Positions 1 through 8,827 are shown, counted from the stretch's first letter. The stretch: DNA of 13,161 nt from Pseudomonadota bacterium (GCA_043804515.1 JAZDIZ010000150.1:1-13161), one strand, 5' to 3'. Notes: generated by a model from the letters alone, not told the origin. Made by a program: numbers and translations.

Positions 1-110
1 CTTCCGGGCGACTCAGGAATTTGTCCACTTTCCCCACACCTTCATTCTGCCCGTCCGCGCCCCTTCCTGCAACCGGATCACTTGGGAAAGAGACAGATCA
101 CAATTTTTAA

Positions 111-211
111 GGCCGGCGGTTTGTGCACCCCCCACGGCTGCAGGTTTTCGCCGCGGGGGACCCCCCAAGCCGCCGGCTGAAAGATCTTGGTGTGAGCGCC
201 TTTTTGCGCCA
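111..211 (+). repeat. Structured interspersed repeat, copy A
   Basis: GGCCGGCGGTTTG-TGCACCCCCCACGGC-TGCAGGTTTTC-GCCGCGGGGG-ACCCCC-CAAGCCGCCGGCT...TGGTGTGAGCGCCTTT. Aligns by eye with the reverse complement of 603-712 and with 11025-11133. 13-bp outer stem 111-123/166-178. Confidence 0.9.
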
Positions 212-602
212 AGGGTGTAGTGCTTGGGAGTCGGGACAGTTTTCCGATGGCGTTTATGGGGCCCCGGTTCCCCGGCGTGTAAATGAGGGCCGAGAAAATT
301 GGGGACACGTACGTAATTCAGGTCAGGTTCGATCTCCGCGTATGCGCACGGAGGGCCGGAATCCGTTCGATCCCTCGCCGGTTTTTGAAATTCAGCTGAG
401 AAACTCAAGCATCTTGAATCAGGACGACCCGCACACCGACCAGGGAGACGTTCTGCAAGAAACCGGTCCTGATCCCACTTCTTCCCGCAAACGTAAGTAG
501 CGACAACTTCGGCAGGGGGATGAACACCTGCCCTGTGCTCCAGACGCATCGCATAGCCTTTATCGGCTGGAGCGGGTCAGCAACCGGAAGCTTGATAGGA
601 CA

Positions 603-712
603 TAAAGGCGCTCATACCAAGAGTTCCCGGCCGACGGGTTGGGGGGCCCCCGTGGCGAGGACTAACGGGCCGCAGCCATGGGGGGTGCACAACCTGTCGG
701 CCTGCACACATG
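603..712 (-). repeat. Structured interspersed repeat, copy B (inverted relative to A and C)
   Basis: Reverse complement reads CATGTGTGCAGGCCGACAGGTTG-TGCACCCCCCATGGC-(18-nt loop)-GCCACGGGGG-CCCCC-CAACCCGTCGGCC...TGGTATGAGCGCCTTTA. Starts 22 bp after the lepB stop. Confidence 0.9.
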
Positions 713-734
713 AGTGACCCTGTTTTGCCCGGCG

Positions 735-1451
735 TCAGATGATCTTCGTGCCGAAGCGCTTCCAGCGGATCCGCCAACGCTCCGAGTCGATCGACAACCA
801 GGTGAAAAGCGCCCGCCCCCGAAGGTTCTCGATCGGAAGGAAACCCCAGACCCGGCTGTCTTTGGAATTGTCCCGGTTGTCGCCCATGACGAAGACCTGG
901 CCCTTGGGGACCGTCACCGGCCCGAAATTTTCCGGGAAGGGGAAAAGCTCCATGACCCAATGCTCTTTGGTTGAGAGGGTTTCTTTGTAAAGACGGGCCG
1001 CCTGACTGAGCGTGGCGGGCGTGAGATCCTCGATGATCGACCGGTCGCTCACGGGCTTGCGCGGCATCTCCTGGCCGTTGATGAACAAAATGTCGTCCTT
1101 GACCTCCACGGTGTCGCCGGGCGTTCCCACGACGCGTTTGATGAAGTCCAGGCTCGGGTCGGGGGGATAGACGAAAACCACGACGTCCCCGCGTTTCGGC
1201 TGGCCCCACGTTATCAGATTGTAGTTCGTGAATGGGAGGGGGAGTTTGAGACCGTAAGCCAGCTTGCTCACGAAGATGAAATCCCCGATCTTGAGCGTGG
1301 GGATCATCGACCCCGTCGGGATCTTGTACGGCTGTGCCACGGAGTAGCGGAAAGCGAAGGCGATCACCACCGCAATCAGGATGGCCTTCACCGTGTCCCA
1401 GAATCCCTTGGTTTTGTCTTTTCTTGGATTATTTTCCGAGTTTTTGGTCAT
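735..1451 (-). CDS. lepB: Signal peptidase I
   Basis: N-terminal TM segment, catalytic Ser box IPTGSMIPTL, RGDVVVF, catalytic Lys DFIKRVVG, and box E GDNRDNSKDSR. ATG at 1451 chosen; an in-frame GTG at 1466 is the alternative. Confidence 0.96.
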   Translation of the reverse strand: MTKNSENNPRKDKTKGFWDTVKAILIAVVIAFAFRYSVAQPYKIPTGSMIPTLKIGDFIFVSKLAYGLKLPLPFTNYNLITWGQPKRGDVVVFVYPPDPSLDFIKRVVGTPGDTVEVKDDILFINGQEMPRKPVSDRSIIEDLTPATLSQAARLYKETLSTKEHWVMELFPFPENFGPVTVPKGQVFVMGDNRDNSKDSRVWGFLPIENLRGRALFTWLSIDSERWRIRWKRFGTKII

Positions 1452-2121
1452 GGAGTTCAGCTTCACTCAACCTCAAATAGTTAGGTTCCAAAGATACTAT
1501 ATCACTCGTCTCGCCGTTTCGAATGGATTCCCAGGCCATGGCCGCCGCGATGCCCCCGCGCGGAACGTCGAACCAGGCCGGAGCGAACAATGCCGTCTCG
1601 CCCAAGGCGCTGCGAATCTCCTCGCCGTACCGGCGCGCGCCGTCCCCCAGGAAGACCGCGCCTTCCGGGAGCCGCGCCATCAGGTCGGTCACGGAAACAT
1701 CCGCGGGAGGCACGGAGGTGATCAGTTGTCCCCCGCTCCATCGATACACCGCCGCCCAGACGCGCCCTTTTCGCGCATCCAACATTGGAACTACCGAGCG
1801 ATCCGTCGACACGAATGCCTGCGCCAAGACTCGAAGCGATTCCAAAGCCGCCACGGGTTTGCGCTCCGCCCACGCCAGACCTTTGATCGTCGCGAGCCCC
1901 ACGCGCAGGCCTGTGAACGATCCGGGGCCGGTCACCACTCCGAATCCGTCGATCTCCGCGAGTGTGAGGCGGGCGGCCTCCAGCACCCAGTCGATGGCGG
2001 GAAGCAAACGAGCCGAATGGTTTTCCTGGGAGAGGAGCGAGATCTCGGCGATGGGGATTCCGTCCTTTGCGATTCCGACGGCGCCGCACCGGGTGGAGGT
2101 GTCCACGGCTAGAACGTGCAT
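1429..2121 (-). CDS. tsaB: tRNA threonylcarbamoyladenosine biosynthesis protein TsaB
   Basis: VLAVDTS, HSARLLPAID, GPGSFTGLRVG, LDARKG and C-terminal LEPNYLR motifs; 230 aa. Confidence 0.95.
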   Translation of the reverse strand: MHVLAVDTSTRCGAVGIAKDGIPIAEISLLSQENHSARLLPAIDWVLEAARLTLAEIDGFGVVTGPGSFTGLRVGLATIKGLAWAERKPVAALESLRVLAQAFVSTDRSVVPMLDARKGRVWAAVYRWSGGQLITSVPPADVSVTDLMARLPEGAVFLGDGARRYGEEIRSALGETALFAPAWFDVPRGGIAAAMAWESIRNGETSDIVSLEPNYLRLSEAELHDQKLGK

Positions 2122-2143
2122 GGCTCGGTTTTGTCCGAATGAT

Positions 2144-2279
2144 TCACGAGGGAAACGTCATATTTACCGCATCTCTGCGTTGGGCGCCTGCGCGCAGTCC
2201 TCATTGGCCTTTCAAGCCAACTCCGGTCTGTACTCGGCGCCCGCCTTGATCTGCGCCAAATCTGAACGTTTCGTAGTGA
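2144..2279. repeat. Nested-palindrome intergenic element (REP/MITE-like), single copy in this window
   Basis: Imperfect terminal IR GAAACGTCATATTT (2152-2165) / AAATCTGAACGTTTC (2258-2272), inner IR GGGCGCC (2182-2188) / GGCGCCC (2236-2242), apical IR TTGGC (2204-2208) / GCCAA (2216-2220). Confidence 0.6.
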
Positions 2280-2306
2280 CTCCAAGCGTCTCATAAATAA
2301 TGCAGG

Positions 2307-3953
2307 TTAGAAGAGCGCCTTGATCCGTTCCAGGAAGTACCGCTCTATATCCACATAGAACGTCAGAATCATAAGGCCGATGATCAGGACCAGCCCCACC
2401 TGTTGCGCGGCCTCGCGGATCTTGAGATTCACCGGCGTTCCGCGGACGGCCTCAATGATGCAAAAGAGAAGGTGGCCACCGTCCAGGATCGGGATCGGGA
2501 GGAAATTGATGATACCCAACGTGATGCTCAAGAGAGCCATCATCCGGATGAAGGAGGTCCAGCCCCCCGCTTCGTACGAGCCGCCCGCCAGATAAAAGAT
2601 CGAAATCGGGCCGCCGAGCGACTTGCGCACCGAGAGCTGGCCCGTGAAGAGGCGCGCCAAGCCCCCCACGGTGAGAGCGGTCATCTCGGCCGTGGTGGCG
2701 ATCCCGTGATAAAGCGCCTTGAAGGGGTTGAGATACCGTTCGTCGCGCTGCGCGAGCTCCCCCGGAACGCTCGCTGAAATCACGCCGAATTGCCGCCTTC
2801 GCTCGCGCTCCTGAGTAATGACGTTGCGTTCTTGCACCTCTTGAGGGATGAATTCCACATTCCTTTTCGTGCGCCCGCGTAGGATCGTGAGGATGATTTT
2901 CTCGCCCGCATTCTGCCGCACCAAAAGCTGAAACTGCGCCCAGCTTTCCAGAGGAGTGTGGTTGACGGCTAAAAGGCGGTCGCCCGGTTCGATCCCTTTC
3001 TTAAAGGCCACGCTGTCGGGCCGAACGTCGCGCACGTAGAGCTCACCGTTCTCGATTCCCGCCTGGTGAAGTCCGGTGAACGTGGCGAGCAGCAGGAACT
3101 CCATCCGCTCGATCTTGGGCTCCTCGATGGGCCCGGTGCGCCGTTCGATGGAAAGCCTTTTTCCCGCCATCCCGGATGCGAAAGCCTCCTGGAGTTGCCA
3201 CCAGTAGGTCACCGCTTGGCCGTCCACCGCCGTCACGACGTCGCCTGTCTTCAGACCCAAGTTGGCCGCCGGGCTCTTCAAATCTGAAATGCCGAGGACG
3301 GCGCGGAACGAATTGGGGCTGACGCCGATCCTCCCAACCGGAACCTCCTCTCCGAATGCGTTGGTGTCCCGTTCCTGTTTCGGCGTCACGGACACCTCGA
3401 ACCTCTTCCCCTCGCGATCCACCATGAACAGAACGGGTTTCTCCGGACTCTTCCGGACGATCTCTTCCATGTCGGTCCATTTCCAAAGCGGACGGCCTTC
3501 CAAGGCCAGAATCCGGTCCCCGGGCTTCAGGCCCGACTTTTCCGCCGGGGAACCGGGGGCCACCCATCCCACTTGGGAGACCAATGTGGGGACGCCGACC
3601 AGGAAGAGGAGCGAAAACAGGAAAACAGGAAGGATCAAATTGGAGACCGGGCCCATCGTGACGATGCCGATCCGGGCGAGAGGCCGGATCTGAGAGAACG
3701 AGTGGGGATCGGGCGGAGCGTTCCGCGCCTCCTCCGGGTCCTCCCCCCTCATTTTCACGTAGCCGCCCAGAGGGAAAAGGCAGATCGCATACTCCGTCCC
3801 GCGCCAGGTCTTTTTGAGAATGGCCGGGCCGAACCCGAGGGCGAAGCGTTCGACACAAACTCCCGCAAGCTTCGCCAAGGTGAAGTGGCCCAGTTCGTGG
3901 ATGAAGACCACGACGCCGAAGAGAATGATGAATAGAACCCAATACGTGATCAT
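2307..3953 (-). CDS. rseP: RIP metalloprotease RseP (site-2 protease, about three PDZ domains)
   Basis: HELGH zinc motif, FPLGGYVKM, GPVSN, NFLPIPILDGGH. Three PDZ-like repeats (SPAEKSGLKPGD, SPAANLGLKTGD, SVAFKKGIEPGD). Follows dxr. Confidence 0.96.
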   Translation of the reverse strand: MITYWVLFIILFGVVVFIHELGHFTLAKLAGVCVERFALGFGPAILKKTWRGTEYAICLFPLGGYVKMRGEDPEEARNAPPDPHSFSQIRPLARIGIVTMGPVSNLILPVFLFSLLFLVGVPTLVSQVGWVAPGSPAEKSGLKPGDRILALEGRPLWKWTDMEEIVRKSPEKPVLFMVDREGKRFEVSVTPKQERDTNAFGEEVPVGRIGVSPNSFRAVLGISDLKSPAANLGLKTGDVVTAVDGQAVTYWWQLQEAFASGMAGKRLSIERRTGPIEEPKIERMEFLLLATFTGLHQAGIENGELYVRDVRPDSVAFKKGIEPGDRLLAVNHTPLESWAQFQLLVRQNAGEKIILTILRGRTKRNVEFIPQEVQERNVITQERERRRQFGVISASVPGELAQRDERYLNPFKALYHGIATTAEMTALTVGGLARLFTGQLSVRKSLGGPISIFYLAGGSYEAGGWTSFIRMMALLSITLGIINFLPIPILDGGHLLFCIIEAVRGTPVNLKIREAAQQVGLVLIIGLMILTFYVDIERYFLERIKALF

Positions 3954-5104
3954 AAGAGTTTGTTGGCCTCGGTTCTCCCCCAGCCGTCCGCTTCGAGAAA
4001 ATCCTCGAGTGCGCCACAGGCGCGCTGGCGGTACGAACTGAGAACGCGACGGTTGATCCTAGAGATATCCAGGAATCCGATCTTTCGGTCCAAAAATGCC
4101 GCCACCGTGACCTCGTTGGCTCCGTTCAAAACGGCGGGGTACGTTTCGCCGCGTTCCAAGGCTTCCCTGGCGGTTCGGATGGAGGGAAAGCGCTCGTGAT
4201 CCGGATCGAAAAACTGGAGCTCCCGGAGCGAAGAGAAGTTCAGGAAGGTCATGACGTCGGCAAGCCGGTCGGGATAGGCCAAGGCGTATGCGATGGGTCC
4301 CTTCATATCGGGAACCCCCAGCTGAGCCAGAACGGAACCGTCGATGTATTCCACCATCGAGTGAACCACCGACTGGGGATGGATCAGAACGTCGATCTTC
4401 TCCGCCGGCAGATCGAAGAGCCAGCGGGCTTCGATGATCTCCAGTCCCTTGTTCATCATGGTGGCCGAATCGATCGTGACCTTGGGGCCCATTTTCCAGT
4501 TGGGATGTTTGAGCGCCTCCTCCGGCGTGACCTTGGAAAGGTCCGTTTCGGGCTTCTTGAAGAAGGGGCCTCCGGACGCGGTGAGGAGGATGCGCCGGAC
4601 ATGCCCCGAAGGCGAACCGGCCAACGATTGAAAAATGGCGCTGTGCTCGCTGTCGACGGGCAGGAGGGCCGCCTTGTGTTCCCGGACGATCTGGCTCACG
4701 AGCGCGCCGGCTACGACCATCGTCTCCTTGTTCGCCAGGGCGATCGTCTTTCCCGCACGGGCGGCAGCCAGTGTGGGCTTGAGCCCCGCCGCGCCCACGA
4801 TCGCCGATACGACGATCCGGGCTTCCGGCATGGAGGCCACGGCCTCCGCGCCCGGCGTGCCGTGTAGGAATTCGATCCCCGTAAGGTCATTCAATCCGGA
4901 CCGGAGTTCCCCGAGTCCTTTTTCCGTTCGCGTGGCAACGCGGAGAGGCCGAAACTTACGTACTTGCTCCGCTAAGACATCGATCTTGTCTCCTCCCGCG
5001 AGGCCAACCACGTGGAAGCGGTCCGGATGTCTCGAAACCAGCTCGAGAGTGCTCGTTCCGATCGACCCGGTCGATCCGAGGATCGCTAAATTGCGCTTTT
5101 CCAT
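3950..5104 (-). CDS. dxr: 1-deoxy-D-xylulose 5-phosphate reductoisomerase
   Basis: ILGSTGSIG, LANKE, PVDSEHSAIFQ, LTASGGPF, HPNWKMGPKVTIDSATMMNKGLE. Confidence 0.98.
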   Translation of the reverse strand: MEKRNLAILGSTGSIGTSTLELVSRHPDRFHVVGLAGGDKIDVLAEQVRKFRPLRVATRTEKGLGELRSGLNDLTGIEFLHGTPGAEAVASMPEARIVVSAIVGAAGLKPTLAAARAGKTIALANKETMVVAGALVSQIVREHKAALLPVDSEHSAIFQSLAGSPSGHVRRILLTASGGPFFKKPETDLSKVTPEEALKHPNWKMGPKVTIDSATMMNKGLEIIEARWLFDLPAEKIDVLIHPQSVVHSMVEYIDGSVLAQLGVPDMKGPIAYALAYPDRLADVMTFLNFSSLRELQFFDPDHERFPSIRTAREALERGETYPAVLNGANEVTVAAFLDRKIGFLDISRINRRVLSSYRQRACGALEDFLEADGWGRTEANKLL

Positions 5105-5865
5105 CTGGATGGGGCCTTCGACTTCGCGACTTGCTCGGCGGTGAGGCCGAAACGGCGCTCCCGGTGGCCGAACTCGCGGATGGCCTTGAGAAGTTCCTCC
5201 CGCGTGAATTCAGGCCAAAAAACCGGCGTCACGTAGATTTCCGTATACGCGATTTGCCAGGGGAGGAAATTGGAGATCCGCATTTCGCCGCTCGTGCGGA
5301 TGAGTAGATCGGGATCCGGCAAGCCCGCGGTGTCGAGGTGGGACGCCACGAGATCCTCGTCAATGTCCTGCGGGTCCAGCTTGTGGTCGCGAACTCTTCT
5401 CGAGATGGCTTGCACCGCCCGTGTGATCTCGTCGCGGCCTCCGTAGCTCAGAGCCAGAACCAAGGTCATCCTCCGATTCGCTTGGGTGAGGAGCATCGTT
5501 TCTCGGAGCGTGTGATACACGGCCGGGGGAAGTTTCGAAACGTCCCCGATCGTGGCCAGGCGAACGCGTTTTTCTTCCAGGAGTTTCCGCTCGGAGACGA
5601 GAAACCGGGTAAGGATCTTCATCAACGCCGCGGTCTCGGTGCGGGGCCGGCCCCAGTTCTCCTCCGAAAACGCGTACAGGGTCAGGACCTCCACGCCGAG
5701 GTTGCAGCAGGCGGTCACGACGGCCCGGACGTTCTCCGCTCCGCGCCGGTGCCCCATGATGCGGGTAAACCTGTGCGTTCGTGCCCAGCGGCCGTTTCCA
5801 TCCATGATGATGGCGATGTGCCGCGGGATGGCCCCCGGCGGAGCCTGGGCGACGTCAGACTTCAA
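5086..5865 (-). CDS. uppS: Undecaprenyl diphosphate synthase (isoprenyl transferase)
   Basis: HIAIIMDGNGRWA, YAFSEENWGRP, LSYGGRDEI, DLLIRTSGEMRISNF, RERRFG. TTG start overlaps the frr end; exact start uncertain. Confidence 0.96.
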   Translation of the reverse strand: MKSDVAQAPPGAIPRHIAIIMDGNGRWARTHRFTRIMGHRRGAENVRAVVTACCNLGVEVLTLYAFSEENWGRPRTETAALMKILTRFLVSERKLLEEKRVRLATIGDVSKLPPAVYHTLRETMLLTQANRRMTLVLALSYGGRDEITRAVQAISRRVRDHKLDPQDIDEDLVASHLDTAGLPDPDLLIRTSGEMRISNFLPWQIAYTEIYVTPVFWPEFTREELLKAIREFGHRERRFGLTAEQVAKSKAPSRWKSAI

Positions 5866-6403
5866 GGACTTCTTTCGACTTGGCCTGCGTGAGAGCGTCG
5901 ACCTTCTTGACGTAGTCGTCCGTGATCGTCTGGATCTTGGTGTGCGCTCTCTTCTGGTCGTCTTCGCTGATCTTTCCCTCTTTTTTCAAGTCTTCCATGG
6001 CGTGCCTGCGGATGTTCCGGACGCCGACGCGGCCTTCCTCGGCGAACTTGTGGACCAGCTTCACCAGATCCTTGCGGCGGTCCTCCGTAAGGGGGGGGAT
6101 CGGGAGCCGGATGATTTTCCCGTCGCTCATGGGGGTGAGCCCCAGCTCCGACTTCTGGATCGCCTTCTCGATGGCCTGCAGCGAAGATTGGTCCCACGGC
6201 TGAATCACCAGAAGCCTCGCTTCCGGCGCTGACACCGTCGCCATCTTCGTGAGCGGCGTCGGGTTCCCGTAATAGTCCACCCGGATCGTGTCCAGTAAGG
6301 CGGGGCTGGCGCGTCCCGTCCGGATCTTGCTATATTCGCCCTTCAGGCCTGACAAGGCCTTCTCCATTTTTTCGGTTACGTCTTTGTAAATGTTTTCAAG
6401 CAT
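5855..6403 (-). CDS. frr: Ribosome recycling factor
   Basis: IRTGRASPALLD, VDYYG, PPLTEDRRKDLVK, VRNIRR; 182 aa. Confidence 0.98.
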   Translation of the reverse strand: MLENIYKDVTEKMEKALSGLKGEYSKIRTGRASPALLDTIRVDYYGNPTPLTKMATVSAPEARLLVIQPWDQSSLQAIEKAIQKSELGLTPMSDGKIIRLPIPPLTEDRRKDLVKLVHKFAEEGRVGVRNIRRHAMEDLKKEGKISEDDQKRAHTKIQTITDDYVKKVDALTQAKSKEVLEV

Positions 6404-6404
6404 G

Positions 6405-7127
6405 TCAATCCTCTCCCTTGACGATCGTGCCGATGGTTTCCCCTTTCACTACTCTTACGACGTTCCCCTTCTTCGTCATGTTGAAGACGATGATCGGTTT
6501 CCGATTGTCCATGCACAAAGAGGTGGCCGTGGAATCCATGATCTTGAGGCCCCTCTTGAGGACATCGATGTACGTGAGGCTGTCGAACATCTTGGCGTCC
6601 GTGTATTTAAGCGGATCCCGGTCGTAGACGCCGTCGACGCGGGTGGCTTTTAAAATCACGTCCGCGTTGATTTCCATGGCCCGCAGTGCCGCTGCCGTAT
6701 CGGTCGTAAAATAAGGATTCCCGGTGCCGCCCGCGAAGATCACGACCCGGCCCTTCTCGAGGTGCCGCGTGGCGCGGCGGCGGATGTACGGCTCGGCCAG
6801 CTCCTGCATTTCGATCGCCGACATGACCCGCGTGAAGACGCCGATGCGCTCGAGCGCGTCCTGCAGGGCCAGGGCGTTCAACGCCGTGGCCAGCATCCCC
6901 ATATAATCGGCCGAAGCCCGGTCCATCCCCTCCGCGGAAGCCGCCAAACCGCGGAAGATGTTCCCGCCGCCGATCACGACGGCGAGCTCCACGCCGAGGC
7001 TCATGACTTCCTTGATTTCCTCGGCGATGTTTTTGAGGATCCGCGTGTCGATGCCGAACCCTCCCTCGCCGCAAAGTGCCTCCCCGCTGATTTTGAGAAG
7101 CACGCGCTTGTACTTGGGTTTGGCCAT
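6405..7127 (-). CDS. pyrH: UMP kinase
   Basis: [53 protein letters not shown]. Confidence 0.98.
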   Translation of the reverse strand: MAKPKYKRVLLKISGEALCGEGGFGIDTRILKNIAEEIKEVMSLGVELAVVIGGGNIFRGLAASAEGMDRASADYMGMLATALNALALQDALERIGVFTRVMSAIEMQELAEPYIRRRATRHLEKGRVVIFAGGTGNPYFTTDTAAALRAMEINADVILKATRVDGVYDRDPLKYTDAKMFDSLTYIDVLKRGLKIMDSTATSLCMDNRKPIIVFNMTKKGNVVRVVKGETIGTIVKGED

Positions 7128-7136
7128 GAGGGTCCC

Positions 7137-7790
7137 TCAAGAGTTTAAGGTTTTTGCGATCGCCTCCTGAAGGCTTTCCGTTTTCTTTTCGATCCCCTCC
7201 CCGAGCTGGAAACGCACGAATCTGCGGACCGCCAGCTTTTCGCCGATCTTTGCGGTCAGTTCCGCCACCACCTGCTGAACCGTCTTGTCGGGATCCTTCA
7301 CGAACGGTTGCTCCAGAAGACAGACATCGGAATAAAACTTCTCCATCTTACCGTCTACGATTTTTTCCACGACGTTTTCGGGCTTTTTGAGCTCCTTCGC
7401 CTGGGCCTTGTAAATCTCCCGCTCTTTCTCGAGGACGGCCTGCGGAACCTCTTTACGCTCCACGTACTGGGGCGAGGATGCGGCCACATGCATGGAGAGG
7501 TCCTTCACGAGGGCCTGGAAGTCGGGGGTCCTGGCCACGAAGTCGGTTTCGCAGTTGATTTCGATCAAAACTCCGATCTTGCCGCCCGCATGGATGTAGG
7601 AACCCACCAAGCCGTCCGCTGCCGTGCGGGTGGCCTTCTTGGCCGCCAAAGCGAGCCCCTTCTTGCGAAGGTGGTCCACCGCTTTTTCGATGTCGCCCGC
7701 CGTTTCCGTAAGGGCGTTCTTGCAATCCAAAATGCCCGCGCCGGTTTTCTCGCGGAGCGTTCTGACCATGTCCGTCGTGATGTTCATCAT
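7137..7790 (-). CDS. tsf: Translation elongation factor Ts (short form, about 217 aa)
   Basis: LREKTGAGILDCKNAL, EINCETDFVA, LLEQPFVKD, VRRFVRFQLGEG. Start placed at tandem ATGs 7790/7787, 11 bp after the rpsB stop, not at the ORF-track start of 7982. Confidence 0.97.
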   Translation of the reverse strand: MMNITTDMVRTLREKTGAGILDCKNALTETAGDIEKAVDHLRKKGLALAAKKATRTAADGLVGSYIHAGGKIGVLIEINCETDFVARTPDFQALVKDLSMHVAASSPQYVERKEVPQAVLEKEREIYKAQAKELKKPENVVEKIVDGKMEKFYSDVCLLEQPFVKDPDKTVQQVVAELTAKIGEKLAVRRFVRFQLGEGIEKKTESLQEAIAKTLNS

Positions 7791-7801
7791 TGGGTTCCCC
7801 G

Positions 7802-8638
7802 TCACTTGGTTTCGACCGCCGCCAGCACCTGCCCGTCCGGCGTTACCGTGGCCGCGGGAGTGGTTTGGGCCGCTTGATCTTCGGGCTCCGCTTTTTTGGC
7901 GGGACTGTCCGCCTTCGATTCCATCCGTCTGCGGGTGTCCTCTTGGATCTTCAGCTCGAATGCTTTCTGTCCCTCGATGCACGCCTCGGCGGCCTCGTGG
8001 ATGAACAGCCGAATCGACTTGAGGGCGTCGTCGTTGGCCGGGACCACATATTCGATGCCGTCCGGGTCGCAGTTCGTGTCGGTAATCGAAACAATGGGAA
8101 GGCCGAGCTTCTTCGCTTCTTCCACGGCCAAATGCTCGCGGTTCGGATCGACCACCACAACCAAGCCGGGCAGCCGGTTCATCGTGCTGATCCCGGCCAT
8201 GCTCTTCTCGAGCTTCTGGAATTCCTTCTTGAGACCCAAGAAATCCTTTTTGGAATATTTGTCCGAGCGTTCCGCGGCTGAGATTTCCTTAAGCTCGCGG
8301 TACCGCTCGATCCGGTTCTTGATCGTCTTGAAGTTCGTGAGCATCCCTCCCAACCACCGCCTGTTCACGAAAGGTTGGCCGGCCCGCGTGGCCTCTTCAG
8401 CGATAACCTCCTGTGCCTGGGGCTTGGTTCCGACGAAAAGGACCGCGTTCCCCCTCCGAACGGTCTCGATCATGGAGTCGTACGCTTGCCGCCAATATTT
8501 CGCCGTCTGCTGGAGATCGATGATGTAAATGCCGTTGCGCGCCCCGTAGATGTAGGGACGCATTTTGGGGTTCCACCGGTGGGTCTGGTGCCCGAAGTGG
8601 GCTCCCGCCTCTAATAGGTCTCGAACGCTGATTGCCAT
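7802..8638 (-). CDS. rpsB: 30S ribosomal protein S2
   Basis: LLEAGAHFGHQT..WNPKM, RWLGGMLTNF, DTNCDPD, PANDDALKSI. SD GAGGA just upstream. Confidence 0.99.
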   Translation of the reverse strand: MAISVRDLLEAGAHFGHQTHRWNPKMRPYIYGARNGIYIIDLQQTAKYWRQAYDSMIETVRRGNAVLFVGTKPQAQEVIAEEATRAGQPFVNRRWLGGMLTNFKTIKNRIERYRELKEISAAERSDKYSKKDFLGLKKEFQKLEKSMAGISTMNRLPGLVVVVDPNREHLAVEEAKKLGLPIVSITDTNCDPDGIEYVVPANDDALKSIRLFIHEAAEACIEGQKAFELKIQEDTRRRMESKADSPAKKAEPEDQAAQTTPAATVTPDGQVLAAVETK

Positions 8639-8659
8639 AAGTCCTCGTAATTCCTTTGT

Positions 8660-8788
8660 TTTTGGTTAAGCCTCTGCTTTCCGGCTCCCTTTTGGCGGAG
8701 TCCCCACATCCTCTTTCGAGGACACCAGGGGGCGGGCTACAAGCCCGACCGTGGCCCGGAGGCCACAGCGAAAGCATGCGTAGTTAAA
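8660..8788 (-). promoter_or_regulatory. rpsB (S2) autoregulatory 5' leader RNA
   Basis: Minus strand reads AACTACGCA-TGCTTTC...CCCTGGTGTCCTCGAAAGAGGA...GAAAGCA-GAGGCTTAACC. A closing stem (8770-8776/8675-8681), an internal GGTG and a 3' GAGGCnTAACC match the known proteobacterial rpsB leader layout. Confidence 0.75.
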
Positions 8789-8790
8789 AA

Positions 8791-8827
8791 GCGGCGCAAT
8801 CTACATAACTTACGTCTCGAAAGTCAA
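8791..8827 (-). promoter_or_regulatory. Sigma70-type promoter of the rpsB operon with GC-rich discriminator
   Basis: Minus strand TTGACT (8827-8822), 18-bp spacer, TAGATT (8803-8798), then GCGCCGC, directly ahead of the S2 leader. Confidence 0.7.

Noticed and set aside
13..717. ORFs 13-549, 78-308, 123-500 and 520-717 (also 10777-11058) sharing peptides such as KGAHTK, QPWGVH and SACTH
   Set aside because: The shared peptides are translations of the DNA repeat. No recognisable domains or convincing starts.
2109..2294. 61-aa Arg-rich ORF between rseP and tsaB
   Set aside because: No SD or recognisable motif, and it coincides with the palindromic element, which explains the gap better.
7791..7982. 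N-terminal extension of EF-Ts in the ORF track; Ala/Pro/Thr-rich tail of S2
   Set aside because: The extension overlaps rpsB in another frame, and homology begins at MMNITTD. Low-complexity S2 tails are common.
1381..8614. Numerous long antisense or alternate-frame ORFs over the operon (e.g. 1381-2112, 1523-2296, 3043-4017, 4196-4867, 5552-6232, 7896-8528)
   Set aside because: Shadow ORFs expected from high-GC codon bias opposite or within well-conserved genes.
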